Of a DNA stretch of 64,000 nucleotides, positions 18,920 through 29,000 are shown in pieces. Under the pieces are notes generated by a model. It was not told the DNA's origin, ran no database searches, and saw nothing but the letters and a program-made list of their open reading frames with translations. This stretch comes from an uncultured virus (IMG/VR IMGVR_UViG_3300005937_000013) (Duplodnaviria > Heunggongvirae > Uroviricota > Caudoviricetes). The stretch's first letter is position 1. Every line of letters begins with the position of its first letter. Location of the stretch: the IMG/VR virus record IMGVR_UViG_3300005937_000013; one strand, given 5' to 3'. Both the position numbers and the translations under genes were made by a program.

Positions 18920-19519
18920 TCACCACTGCCCGTAGTCCTGCTTCATCGACCGGTCGTAGTCCACCTCGCCCTCACACATCGGGTTCCCGTTGTCGTACTG
19001 ACGGAGGTGGACGTCAGCCCACTGTCCACCCGACCAGGCGTAGGTCTGCCACAGCCACCGGATGAGTCCTCGGTTCCTGAGGTGCTCGACGGTGTTCTTG
19101 CCCCCGTAGGCACCGACCCGTGCTAGCCCGATCACGGAGATGACACCCCGAAAGAAGTTCTCGATCGCCAACCACTGGGTTGCCGAGAACCCCCTCGTGT
19201 CCCCGTCCACCGCGAAGTAGATGGGACGGGTGGGTGGCATCCCCGCGAGCTTGGCGTCCTGGTCAGCAATCCTCGCCGCCACCGCCCCGTTGTCACTGGC
19301 AAGGGGGACGAACGCCCGACGTGGCTGGTACACCACGACCCGGGCGATCCCCTTGACCTTGAGCGCGGCTGCCTCCGTGGACGTGATGTCCTTCCCACCA
19401 CCCCGAGGGTCACGACCCACGTACCGGATGGCGAACTTGACCTTGCCACTGACGTTGAACCCGCTGATGGTGGTCGAGGCCATGCAGGCAACACCAGGGT
19501 GGCTAAACGAGTAGTCCAC
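18920..19519 (-). CDS. Second endolysin, DUF1906/GH25-like glycoside hydrolase (start uncertain)
   Basis: GVDYS, FAIRYV, PIYFAVD, RVGAYGG, WQTYAWSGG, VDYD...DYGQW. Confidence 0.8.
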   Translation of the reverse strand: MDYSFSHPGVACMASTTISGFNVSGKVKFAIRYVGRDPRGGGKDITSTEAAALKVKGIARVVVYQPRRAFVPLASDNGAVAARIADQDAKLAGMPPTRPIYFAVDGDTRGFSATQWLAIENFFRGVISVIGLARVGAYGGKNTVEHLRNRGLIRWLWQTYAWSGGQWADVHLRQYDNGNPMCEGEVDYDRSMKQDYGQW

Positions 19520-19530
19520 TCCGAAACATG

Positions 19531-19563
19531 GCCCCGGACTGGGGAGTGGTGGAGGTCCGGGGC
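19531..19563. terminator. Hairpin directly after the amidase stop codon
   Basis: GCCCCGGAC / GTCCGGGGC perfect 9-bp stem, followed on the minus strand by CATGTTT. Confidence 0.5.
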
Positions 19564-20544
19564 TTACTGAGGGCGGAGTGCCGCCAGACGTTCCTTGTAG
19601 TCCTCTCGCGGCTTGTACGAGAAGCCAAGCACCGGGTTCTCCATCTCGGGCACCTGGTCGATCAGCAGGGCTGGGAGGTTGTGAGGTTCCTTCCACGTTC
19701 CGGCTGAGATCAGGTCGGCCACGTACTCGATCACCGCGATTGCGTTCCAGTCACCGATCCAATACTTCTGGGAGAAGTCGTTGGCGACGAGGAACACCTG
19801 ATCGTCGATGGTTCCGTCGGGTCGCTTGGGTCGGACAAGAATCGGTGCCGTGTTGGAGTTCACGACCTTCTGTAGCTGTGCCTCGGTTGCCATGTCGAAC
19901 CAGTCTCCTGTCGTCGGTGGTGTGGTGGTTCCGGGTCGGTACTTGTTGAACATCTGCTGCGTGAGACAGATGCCCCGGGCTCGGTCGAACCCCCGGCGGT
20001 CCACCTTGCGGGTGGGTGCCCAGGTCTTGTGCTCCATCTGGGACGTGAGGGGCCGGGCTGCTCCGAGCATCCCGTACTCGGCGAGGGCACAGTCCACCGC
20101 GCCCATGAAGTCGAGCATTCCTGGGATGGTCTCGTAGTCCTGGTAGCCGCCCTCCCACTCGGTACCCCAGGTGGGCTTCCTCGCGGAGTTCTGCGGGACG
20201 TACACCCCATCGATGGTGATGGGTCCACCGAGACCGGGGTGGTTGGCCTCGCCCATGCAGATGATCCGGTAGACGAGGTCGTAGCCCCCATACCCGTTGC
20301 ACAGTGGCCCGGGCACGTCGGACCGCCCATTCTTGCAGATGTAGAGTGACGGGGTGAGGTTACCCGAGGGTCCTCGGTAGTACGTCGCCGTGTGGTGCTG
20401 CATCCGGAGGGGCTTCCTCGGGACAAGCCACGGGTCTGTGCCACGCCCGCTCCGGAGCTCGATCGAGCACCTAGTCCGTCTCCACCACCTGTCGATGGTG
20501 GCCTTGAGTTCTCTCGCCTCTGCTGTCGCCTGGGCCTGGGTCAT
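19564..20544 (-). CDS. Endolysin, N-acetylmuramoyl-L-alanine amidase (Amidase_2-like)
   Basis: HHTA, GRSDVPGPLCN, ANHPG, GTEWE, HKTWAPTRKVD (actinophage lysin A pattern). Confidence 0.82.
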   Translation of the reverse strand: MTQAQATAEARELKATIDRWWRRTRCSIELRSGRGTDPWLVPRKPLRMQHHTATYYRGPSGNLTPSLYICKNGRSDVPGPLCNGYGGYDLVYRIICMGEANHPGLGGPITIDGVYVPQNSARKPTWGTEWEGGYQDYETIPGMLDFMGAVDCALAEYGMLGAARPLTSQMEHKTWAPTRKVDRRGFDRARGICLTQQMFNKYRPGTTTPPTTGDWFDMATEAQLQKVVNSNTAPILVRPKRPDGTIDDQVFLVANDFSQKYWIGDWNAIAVIEYVADLISAGTWKEPHNLPALLIDQVPEMENPVLGFSYKPREDYKERLAALRPQ

Positions 20545-20801
20545 CCCTCACCACCCAGCTCCGCGAAGTCCTCCGCGGTCATGGTGGGGTTCTCGACGGT
20601 CCCCCACTGCTCGCCACTGTCCTCGTCGTCGTCCGGGTCGATGACCTTGCCGAGAAACTCCCCGGCTTCGGTCTCCTCCTCGGTCATCTCGTCGAAGAGG
20701 CTCTCGCTGTCAACCCACTCACCTGACCGGGGCGGGTCCTCCTCCTCGCACTCGATCTCGACCTCACTCCCGTCGTCGAACGCCATCTCTTTATCTGGCA
20801 T
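20541..20801 (-). CDS. Small acidic hypothetical protein
   Basis: MPDKEMAF start after GGGAGG; very D/E rich. Confidence 0.55.
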   Translation of the reverse strand: MPDKEMAFDDGSEVEIECEEEDPPRSGEWVDSESLFDEMTEEETEAGEFLGKVIDPDDDEDSGEQWGTVENPTMTAEDFAELGGEG

Positions 20802-20812
20802 GTGTGCCTCCC

Positions 20813-22177
20813 TTACTGTTCGGCTCGGAACGTACACCCGTTGAGGGTTGCCCACGACGTGTTCGGGTGAGTAACAGCGATGATGGTACCACTAGCGTCT
20901 ACGTCGATCCGACCAACACTGTTCGAGGGACTACCGAAGATCGACAGAAAGACATGCGTCTCGAGAGGTCGGTATCCCTCGGGGAGAGCCGCGATGGCAT
21001 CCGAGGTTGACCCGGTGCCATCAACGAGTCCCGCCAGGTGTACGATCCCGTGGGAGTCCTTCTTGTACCGCCCACCCAGAAAGTCTGTTCCGAAGGCAGA
21101 CCAGCCGTTGGCATACGCGATACCAGTTGCCCCCATCGACTCGTGGGTGTTCGATTGTGAGCCGCGACCCCACCAGTTGATCCCCCCGAGATAGTGGTCC
21201 TGCCCCGAGCCACCACCTGACTCTACCCGCATCGTGGTAGGACCACGGTTGCTCGATGGGTCACCACCCCCGCAGTCAAGTCTCGAGACCCCAAACCCAA
21301 ACCCGGTGAGCATCTGGCACCGCCAGCCAGGGGCGGTACGGTCAGGGAAGTCGAACGCCTTGCCGGGCACAGTGGCAGACTCGAGAACACCCTTCATCCA
21401 GCACCAGCCATCGGACCGGAGATAGATCTCGATCTCACTCTCACCCACCGCCGCCTTGTTCCACCCCGTCTGGAACAGGGGCACCTCCCAGTATCCTCGG
21501 AAGAACGTCCAGTCCGAGTCCCAGGAGTAGGCGAAATTGTTTGGACCCGGATAGGTGATGCCACCAAACGACAGATAGCTGTTGTTCGGTGCTACCTCGA
21601 CCTTGAGCTGTCCAGCGTTGTCAAGCTCCAGGACGGCCCCGGTGCTCCCGTCACGTACCGGGAAGTACAGTGAGTGTGCCGGCGGTGGAAGGTCACGCAT
21701 GATGATCGTGTTCACCGCGGTGGTGCCGCTCTTGACGAGTCCCTTGAGCCGCACCCAGCCGTCCGACTGCTGGTAGTAGCCCGGGACCGCGTGGGGCGAG
21801 CCCCACCAGACCCAGCTGTTCATCAGGACTGGCTGATCGGGATGTCCGCTACCGGCCTCTATCCAGGGTGGGTAGTCGTCCTCGGTCGGGTCAGTCTCAG
21901 TCCCCACGTTCGAGACCTTCCCGACGATACAGGACATCCCGTCACGGTACTGGTAGATCACCGTATCGCCGGGGTGATAGTCCCACGCCTTCCCGATGAT
22001 CCGTACCTCGACCGGGTTGGCAGGGTCACCAATCCACACCACTGGTGGGTTGCTCCTGAGCCCGTCAGTCGAGAGGATCTGGGATACCCTGAACGGGGCG
22101 TCGATCGCTGAACCCACGGGTCGACCCGGGAGGGTCTGTACCCCGATGGCTAGCTGGTCGAGCTCGGTGTCACTCAC
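20813..22177 (-). CDS. Minor tail / receptor-binding protein with three tandem beta-rich modules
   Basis: Repeated G-W/I-V-x-L-x-G units (GWVRLKGLV, GWCWMKGVL, GIVHLAGLV), ALPEGYRP; position after tail hub. Confidence 0.7.
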   Translation of the reverse strand: MSDTELDQLAIGVQTLPGRPVGSAIDAPFRVSQILSTDGLRSNPPVVWIGDPANPVEVRIIGKAWDYHPGDTVIYQYRDGMSCIVGKVSNVGTETDPTEDDYPPWIEAGSGHPDQPVLMNSWVWWGSPHAVPGYYQQSDGWVRLKGLVKSGTTAVNTIIMRDLPPPAHSLYFPVRDGSTGAVLELDNAGQLKVEVAPNNSYLSFGGITYPGPNNFAYSWDSDWTFFRGYWEVPLFQTGWNKAAVGESEIEIYLRSDGWCWMKGVLESATVPGKAFDFPDRTAPGWRCQMLTGFGFGVSRLDCGGGDPSSNRGPTTMRVESGGGSGQDHYLGGINWWGRGSQSNTHESMGATGIAYANGWSAFGTDFLGGRYKKDSHGIVHLAGLVDGTGSTSDAIAALPEGYRPLETHVFLSIFGSPSNSVGRIDVDASGTIIAVTHPNTSWATLNGCTFRAEQ

Positions 22178-23352
22178 TCGACGATCCTCCTGTCTCGGCA
22201 ACTGACTGTCATCGACCCGCTTGACCCGGTGAGCGGGAGCTGTACCGACTCTGCCACGAAGACCCCGCTAATTCCTGAGGTGGCATCGTCGATGAGGAGG
22301 GTATCACCGGGGACTATCCCGGGGTGAGGCACGCACTGTACCTGCACCACCTCGACGAGTCCGAGCACCTTGGGGAGCCGGGCCTTGGCGGCGTTGAGGG
22401 CCTGCTTGCTACTGGTGATGAACTCGGACACGTAGAAGAACGGGACCGGACCGTACTCCGAGTCATCTGGGTTGGCCGGGTCGAAGTAGGTGGGGCTGTT
22501 GGGGTTTCGGTCCCACCACTCTGCCCGCACGGGAGGCTTGTCGGACCCGGTGGACTCGCCCATGGCGATGACCCCGTTGTAGGTCCGCTCGTCGGTGAGG
22601 ACCCGCTCGACCTTGAGCAGCTTGGCCGTACCGCTAGGCGTGAGGTCCCAGGTGGGGTCGTCCTCGATGTCGAAGTCGGAGAAGATGTCGACGTTTCCCC
22701 TACCGTCCGCGTTCCAGTCAAACCGCATGGAGATGGCTGTGACCAGCTCCCGCACGACCGAGAGACGGTCCGCCTGGACCTCGAGGGACATCTTCCCGGT
22801 CCTACCCTTATTGTCCTCGATCTCGATGACCGCCTCAGGTAGGACGTCGTCGAGCAGGGTGTGGAGTGCGTCAGAGTGCGGGGTCTTGAGTGGGATCACG
22901 ATCGGTCGCCAGATCCGAGCCCGCTCTACCCGTCGCGAGTTGTCCGAGACCTCGACCTCCAGCGTGACCCCGGCTGAGCTGTGGTTGATCCGGGCGATGT
23001 CGATCTCGTAGACGCCGTAGTTCATCAGCTGGTCGTCACCAGCTGCCCTGAACTGCACCTGAACCCGTGCCGGGGCGGTAGGCGACAGCGGGGCTCCCTG
23101 GACGAGGGGAACGAGCGACTCCGCTGTCTCCCGGTCAACGACGAGTGAGGCTGTTCCGGTGCCCTGGATCGCCCGGGCCTCGTCGGTGACGATGGACCCA
23201 CCCACGATCTTCATCCGCGGCTCGTCAACGTTAGCTGGGTCCGAGCTAAGCAGCATCTCCCCGTGTTGTACGTCATACACGCTGATCACGGGTACGATCT
23301 GACCCGACTCAACCACGGAGGTCTGAAGGGCAGGTGTGAGCACCCTAGGCAT
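22174..23352 (-). CDS. Minor tail protein (DUF5047/hub-like)
   Basis: YNGVIAMGE...WDRNPNSPTY...YGPVPFFY...PHPGIVPGD; position. Confidence 0.75.
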   Translation of the reverse strand: MPRVLTPALQTSVVESGQIVPVISVYDVQHGEMLLSSDPANVDEPRMKIVGGSIVTDEARAIQGTGTASLVVDRETAESLVPLVQGAPLSPTAPARVQVQFRAAGDDQLMNYGVYEIDIARINHSSAGVTLEVEVSDNSRRVERARIWRPIVIPLKTPHSDALHTLLDDVLPEAVIEIEDNKGRTGKMSLEVQADRLSVVRELVTAISMRFDWNADGRGNVDIFSDFDIEDDPTWDLTPSGTAKLLKVERVLTDERTYNGVIAMGESTGSDKPPVRAEWWDRNPNSPTYFDPANPDDSEYGPVPFFYVSEFITSSKQALNAAKARLPKVLGLVEVVQVQCVPHPGIVPGDTLLIDDATSGISGVFVAESVQLPLTGSSGSMTVSCRDRRIVE

Positions 23353-26053
23353 GAGAGGCCACGCCCAGGGCTCGTGGCTTCTCCACCGAGACGAACGTGA
23401 TCCTCACCCGGTGGAAGTGCCGAGTAGGCCAGACCTCGGATGGCTGCTTGGCTGCCCGCATCACCTCGTACTCGATGGTGTCCGGCTGGACGTACCACTG
23501 ACGACCGAACGTGTCCTGAAGGAGCAGGGTGGCTCCCGATCCGGTCAACATCCGGAACATCGCGTACGCGTCCTCATCGAGGAGGTCGACCAGCATGTCG
23601 ACGTCGTCAGCCTTTACCCCATCGTGGGTCATCACGGCCGCGGTGGCACCGATCGGGTAGTCCTTGGTGTTGGGCTTGGCCGGCATGAGCTTCGCTGAGC
23701 CAGCCCTGATCGGCATGGACATGTCGGGATCGAGCGGGTCCCGGAGCCACCAGGAGGTAGGTACGGGCGGTGTGACGAAATCTGGCGGGGTCGACCAGCC
23801 GGAGCTGACCATGTTCCCCTCACCATTCTCGGCCTCGATCTGCGCCTGATACGTCGCCTGGACGCCACCGGGAACCTCGTAGTCGACGTAGGAGAGCTTC
23901 TGGAACTGTGGCAGGTGTGTTATTCGGGGCTCAGGGATCGTCTCCCAGATGGCGTCACCCTCCTCGTCCACTCCCACTGACCGTCGAAGCTCCATGATGT
24001 GATTGGTCGGATCCTCGTCGACCCAGCCGCCCTGGTTCCAGTAGTGGACATCCCGATCATCACCCACGGTCGAGCCGACCCAGAACCCGATGGTGTCGGC
24101 AAAGTGGACCTCACCGTTGGGTGCGCTCAGGACCTCAAGGTTGAGTCGGGCAAACACCGCACCTGACGGTGAGGTGCCAGTCACGGTAGCCCGTGTCCAG
24201 ACACCAAACGGACCTACCTCAGCGATGGAGCTACCCACCGTCTGGGATCCTGTGGCAGCTCCAGCCGCGTCGAACCAGTCGATGGTGAGCCGGACGCTTC
24301 GGGCGTTGGTGAACGGGGTGAACCAGGCTGCCGCGGCATAGGCGGTAGACCCCTTGACCCGGAACCCCGAGGTACCGCTGGGGGTCTGGGCGAGAGCGGT
24401 ACCGGTCGCGGTGATCTTGTTGATCTGGAGTGCCGCGACCCCTCGCTGACCGATGCCAGCATTCCGAGCGATCGTGGTGGCTGTTCCCGCGGCCCAGCCG
24501 GTGGTGTCGGTCTCAAGCGACGCCTGGTTCTCGGTGAGCAGTGAGGTGCGGCGGCCCTTGTAGATCCCGAGCTGGTCCACGAAGTGAACCTCGCTCACCG
24601 CGCAGCCGATCGCCCGAACGCTGATCTGGACCCACTTGGCAGTTGCCGGTGCTGTGGCGGTGGCGAACGCCTCCCGCCAGTCTGTGGTTGCGTCGGTGAT
24701 CGTGTACAGGGTGTTGGTAGCGTTGAGGTCCGTGCCGTCGTCGTCAAAGAACTCGATGCTTACCTGGCACGTCCGGGCGGTGGCTGCCGTCTTGAACGAC
24801 GCCCTTCCCGTGTAGAGGGCACCAGGCTCACACTCGATGCCCACCTCCTCCACGTCCGTTCCGATGAACGGGTAGGTGGCTGACGCGTCACCGGTGGTAC
24901 CGGTCCTCTGCATGGAGAGCGACGCGGACCCGTGGAGGAACTGGGACGTGACACGGGTGAGGGTCGTGCTGGATGTGGCGAAGTTGGGGACCGCGGTGGG
25001 CTCGATCGACGACACGTCCCAGGGCAGGAGGTTGTCAAGCCCCTCGACACTGATCACGATGCCATGGATCGTCGGGTCGTAGGTAGCCACCACATCTGGC
25101 GATAGAGGGGTCGCGATGCTGATCGAGAAGGCAGCGAAGTCCCACAGGCTGTTCGGTGAGAACAGGTCGGTTGAGCCGGGTATCCTGTAGACGACGCCAG
25201 GCTGCCACACGTCAAAGTGCTTGACCAGCAGGTACGCCCGGCCACTGAACCCGTTGGGCAGTGCCGACACCATGTCGTGATGCTTCTGGCCGGTGTGGAT
25301 GGACCGGTCATACACCGGCTTGAACTTGATCGCGAACGCACTCCACGGGTCGGGTGTAAACAGCGGATGAGCCACCTGTGCGTCGGTGAACACCCGGAGA
25401 CGAACCACCTGCTGCGCGATGCCCTCCGCGTCGTTGTACTCCCAGTCCCAGGGTGGACGCCCCACCACCTCGACACCTGACGGGTTGAGGAGGTTGATCG
25501 TGGGCCTCTCGTCGTAGGTCACCACGAGCGACAGGGAGTAGAGACGCGCCGTGTTGACCGCCGTCTTGCGGGTGATCTGCGCGCTCGCCCACCAGTACCG
25601 ACCAGACAACATCTGGGCACGTTCACCGAGGAAATACTTGCCGCTGTAGTCCTTTGGCCGCGCCGGGAACGTGACCTGCTTGACTGACGTCCCCAGGGCC
25701 GGCACCAGTCGCTCACCCGGGGCGTAGGCATCGAAGACCGCCGACGTGGTGCCCTTGGGACGACCGACCAGGACCGTCACTGGCTGGAAGTATTCGTACG
25801 TGGTGCTCGACCTCGTCGCGTGTGAGTACCTGATCCGGTGCTGTACGTAGCGGATCGCGGCACCAGCGGGGATCGACGGGATCGGGTACCGACAGTAGAT
25901 CCGCCAGCCGGTGGTCATGGTCCCAGCAGCCTGGATGTACGTCGTGTCTGACGCGTCGTTGAGTGCTGCCAGGGTGCTCGCTGCACCACCACCGAGGGTC
26001 CGTGATCCGAACTCCTGGATGATCTGGTCGGGGTAGACCTCTACCTGTCCCAT
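23345..26053 (-). CDS. Minor tail protein with two carbohydrate-binding-like (CBM4/9-type) domains
   Basis: Two repeats ending ...WT/WREA...TAP..A..A...VHF.D; immediately after the tape measure. Confidence 0.72.
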   Translation of the reverse strand: MGQVEVYPDQIIQEFGSRTLGGGAASTLAALNDASDTTYIQAAGTMTTGWRIYCRYPIPSIPAGAAIRYVQHRIRYSHATRSSTTYEYFQPVTVLVGRPKGTTSAVFDAYAPGERLVPALGTSVKQVTFPARPKDYSGKYFLGERAQMLSGRYWWASAQITRKTAVNTARLYSLSLVVTYDERPTINLLNPSGVEVVGRPPWDWEYNDAEGIAQQVVRLRVFTDAQVAHPLFTPDPWSAFAIKFKPVYDRSIHTGQKHHDMVSALPNGFSGRAYLLVKHFDVWQPGVVYRIPGSTDLFSPNSLWDFAAFSISIATPLSPDVVATYDPTIHGIVISVEGLDNLLPWDVSSIEPTAVPNFATSSTTLTRVTSQFLHGSASLSMQRTGTTGDASATYPFIGTDVEEVGIECEPGALYTGRASFKTAATARTCQVSIEFFDDDGTDLNATNTLYTITDATTDWREAFATATAPATAKWVQISVRAIGCAVSEVHFVDQLGIYKGRRTSLLTENQASLETDTTGWAAGTATTIARNAGIGQRGVAALQINKITATGTALAQTPSGTSGFRVKGSTAYAAAAWFTPFTNARSVRLTIDWFDAAGAATGSQTVGSSIAEVGPFGVWTRATVTGTSPSGAVFARLNLEVLSAPNGEVHFADTIGFWVGSTVGDDRDVHYWNQGGWVDEDPTNHIMELRRSVGVDEEGDAIWETIPEPRITHLPQFQKLSYVDYEVPGGVQATYQAQIEAENGEGNMVSSGWSTPPDFVTPPVPTSWWLRDPLDPDMSMPIRAGSAKLMPAKPNTKDYPIGATAAVMTHDGVKADDVDMLVDLLDEDAYAMFRMLTGSGATLLLQDTFGRQWYVQPDTIEYEVMRAAKQPSEVWPTRHFHRVRITFVSVEKPRALGVASHA

Positions 26054-29000
26054 TATCGGCTCTTCAGCGATCGTAGGAGCCTGCGGTCATGATCTGCAAG
26101 CTCTGTTCCGATGGTGTCCTTGACGGCATTCACCAGTGTCTTCCCGTCCATGATGGACTTGGCACTGACGTTGACAGTGACGATGGTTCGCATGTCGTTG
26201 ATGTTCGACTTGGGCACGTCGCTCGTGGGGATCACCTGCATCCCGTACCAGGCTGCCGCCTGTGACAGGACCATCTTGCTCCGGTTGGGGTTGCCAAACC
26301 TCGGGATGAACGCCTCGCCCCCGGTGGCCCGCTCCCCAAACAGGACGGTGGGGGAGTCGGCAAACCCGGCCGTCATCCCGCCCTCCTGCATCCTCAACAT
26401 CCCGTACCGACCAGGACGAGCCCGTGCCAGATCCGCGGTGTGAATCTCCTGGAGATGTCGGGTGGTGATCGTGATCGTCTTGTCATGGAGTCCAGCGAGA
26501 AGTCCCTGTACCTGGCGGATGATGCTCGACGCGTTGTCGTTGGCGTTGACGTCCGAGGTTCCCTTGGACACGTCCCAGTTGAACAGACGATCCTTGGCGG
26601 CACGGATCTTGCTGAGGGCATCCGCGTTGTTACCCAGGGCACGACCGGTACCTCTGCTCGCGTTCCAGTCAGCTAGCCGGTCCTTGGAGTCTCCGATCTT
26701 GGCTATGGCATCCGAGTTGTCCGCGTTCGCGTCTGCGGTACCTGACGACGCATCCCAGTTGAACATCGCGTCCTTCGACGCGGCGATCTTGAGCATGGCG
26801 TCGTTGTTGTTCACTGTGGCGGTAGCCTCGGCTGTCACCGCGTCCCAGCCCGCCGCCGCCGCCTGCAATGTGTCAAACTTGTTCTCGGGATCGATGATGT
26901 CGAGGAGTGCCTGGGCCTTGGGGTCAGACGCCTCGTACAGCAGTGCCCACGCCTGGACCTGTTCCGCGGTGGCCTGGAACGGCTTGCCGTCGAGGTAGAC
27001 CGTGGCCTCGGGGTTGGCAAGCCCGATCTGTGCAAGCACCTCGCCGATCTTCGCAGCATCGTTGTCGAAGAGCTCGGAGTTGATGCTGACCTGTGGGTTG
27101 ACCTTGGCGAGGTTGACCAGTCGGAGCGTCTCCTGCATCTGCTCCGCCGAGAAGATCGCCTTCTCGACCCCAGCGAGCTGGACGAGGGTACTGATGGACT
27201 CGGGGGTCAGACCCAGCTGGTTGACGTACTGCTCGGCAGCTTCCCGTGAACCCACGTACCCGGCAACCTGGTTGATCAGCTCCTCACGGTGCTGCTTGAG
27301 GACATCCACGCCCTCAGCCACCGAGCCGGTCTCGTCGGTTACCGCCTGAGCGTGCTCGATGGCAGCCGCCGCGGCTCCAGAGAACGCCTCCCGAACCTTG
27401 CGTCCTGCCTCGCTCTGGTAGTCGAGGTTAAACCCGTTCTCCTTCACGGCCGCGTTGAGGTCGTCCATCGCCTGACCCCAGCCGGTGAGGGCATCGAACG
27501 CCCCAAGGACCGTTCCGATGAGACTTTCGATCGTGGCGTTCAGATCCTCGATTCGTTCCGCCGCGGTCGAGGTCGGGTCACCCATGGTCTCGATGGCATC
27601 AGCAAGCGTAACGGCCTGAGGGCTCGCGTTGGCAGCCTCGAGCGCCATGAGTCGGATCTGGTCGGCCAGCATCCCAGTGGTCTGGGCAGTATCCTCGGGA
27701 TCATAGTCCTCGAGCTTGTTCAGCCAGTTCTCGACCTCACCAGCGGATATGCCGAGGGTGTTGGACAGCGTATCGATGTCGTGCTGCCACATCAACTGTC
27801 GCTGCTGGGCTGCCTCCATCTCTGCGCGGAGAGCCTTGGTCGCGTCCTTGTTCTCCTGGATCTTGTTCGGAAGCGGGCTCAGGTTCTCGAACAGCTGGCG
27901 AGCACCGGTGGACCACATGTTTGTGGTACCGATCATGTTGCTCCACTCTTCGTCAAGCCCTGCGAGCTTCTCCTTGCTTGCGTCGACGAACCCTCGGAGC
28001 CCTGCCAGGGTGTCCATGTCGAACTGACCCTTGAGGGTCGAGACAAGCTCCTTCGCCTTCTGCTGGGAGTTCTGCATGGCCGTGGTGAGCGCGATGAACC
28101 CACCCACGACCGCGGCCCCAGCAAGGGTAGGACCGATCGCGGCAAGTGCTGTCCCGATACCCCGGATACCGGTACCGAGGTTTGTGAGCGCGGCGCCAAA
28201 GTTACCCGTGACCAGAGCCTTGAGCGCAGAGCCGAGGAACCCAAGACTGGCGGTCAGACCCATGAGCCAGCCGATGGCGTTGCCGGCCGCCAGAGCTAGG
28301 AGGCCACCCCGCACGGCGAGGAGCCCTGCCTGGAGCTGGATGAACGCAGCCGCCGCACTGAGCAGCCGTCCCACCAGGACAGCACCGTAGGCGGCAGCCA
28401 CCGCCAGCACCAGGGCAGGGTGATCAGCGAGGAACCCTGCCACCGCGCCGAGAGCTGTGGCTAGAGCCGTGAGCCCCGCGATTGCCACCGCGAAGGTCAT
28501 GCCCGCCATCGTCTTGAGGACCGGTCCTACCGCCTGAGCAAGCTGCTTGAGGACGCTGATCACGTTGGAGATCGCGTCACCGATGGCTCGCACTGCCGGC
28601 TGGGCTGCCTGCCACGCGTTGGCCAGGCCCTCACCAACCTGGGGACCAACCCGCTGCACCCAGCTCATCGCGTCACGGAGCTTGGGGATGAGCGCGGCAC
28701 CGATCTCGATGCCGACCGCGGTGATCTGGTTCTTGAAGACCTGGAACTGCTTTCCGAGGCCCTTCATCTGCTCCTGGAACGCCGCCTGGGTAGCACCAAG
28801 GTTGTCGGTACGGTCGTTCATCGCCTCAAAGACGCGGTTGTAGACCTGACCCGCGTCCGTCATAAGGGCGAAGGCACCACGGGCTGCCCGGATCTCCGGG
28901 AACAACCTCGCGAGCATCTCGATGCTGCCACCAGTGACAACCCGCAGGTCCTCCATCACCCCGTGGAGTCCCCGCTCCTGGATGGCGGCTAGACCACTCT

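Noticed and set aside
20813..22177. Repeated modules in the receptor-binding protein as a diversity-generating retroelement target
   Set aside because: No reverse transcriptase and no near-identical TR/VR nucleotide pair seen
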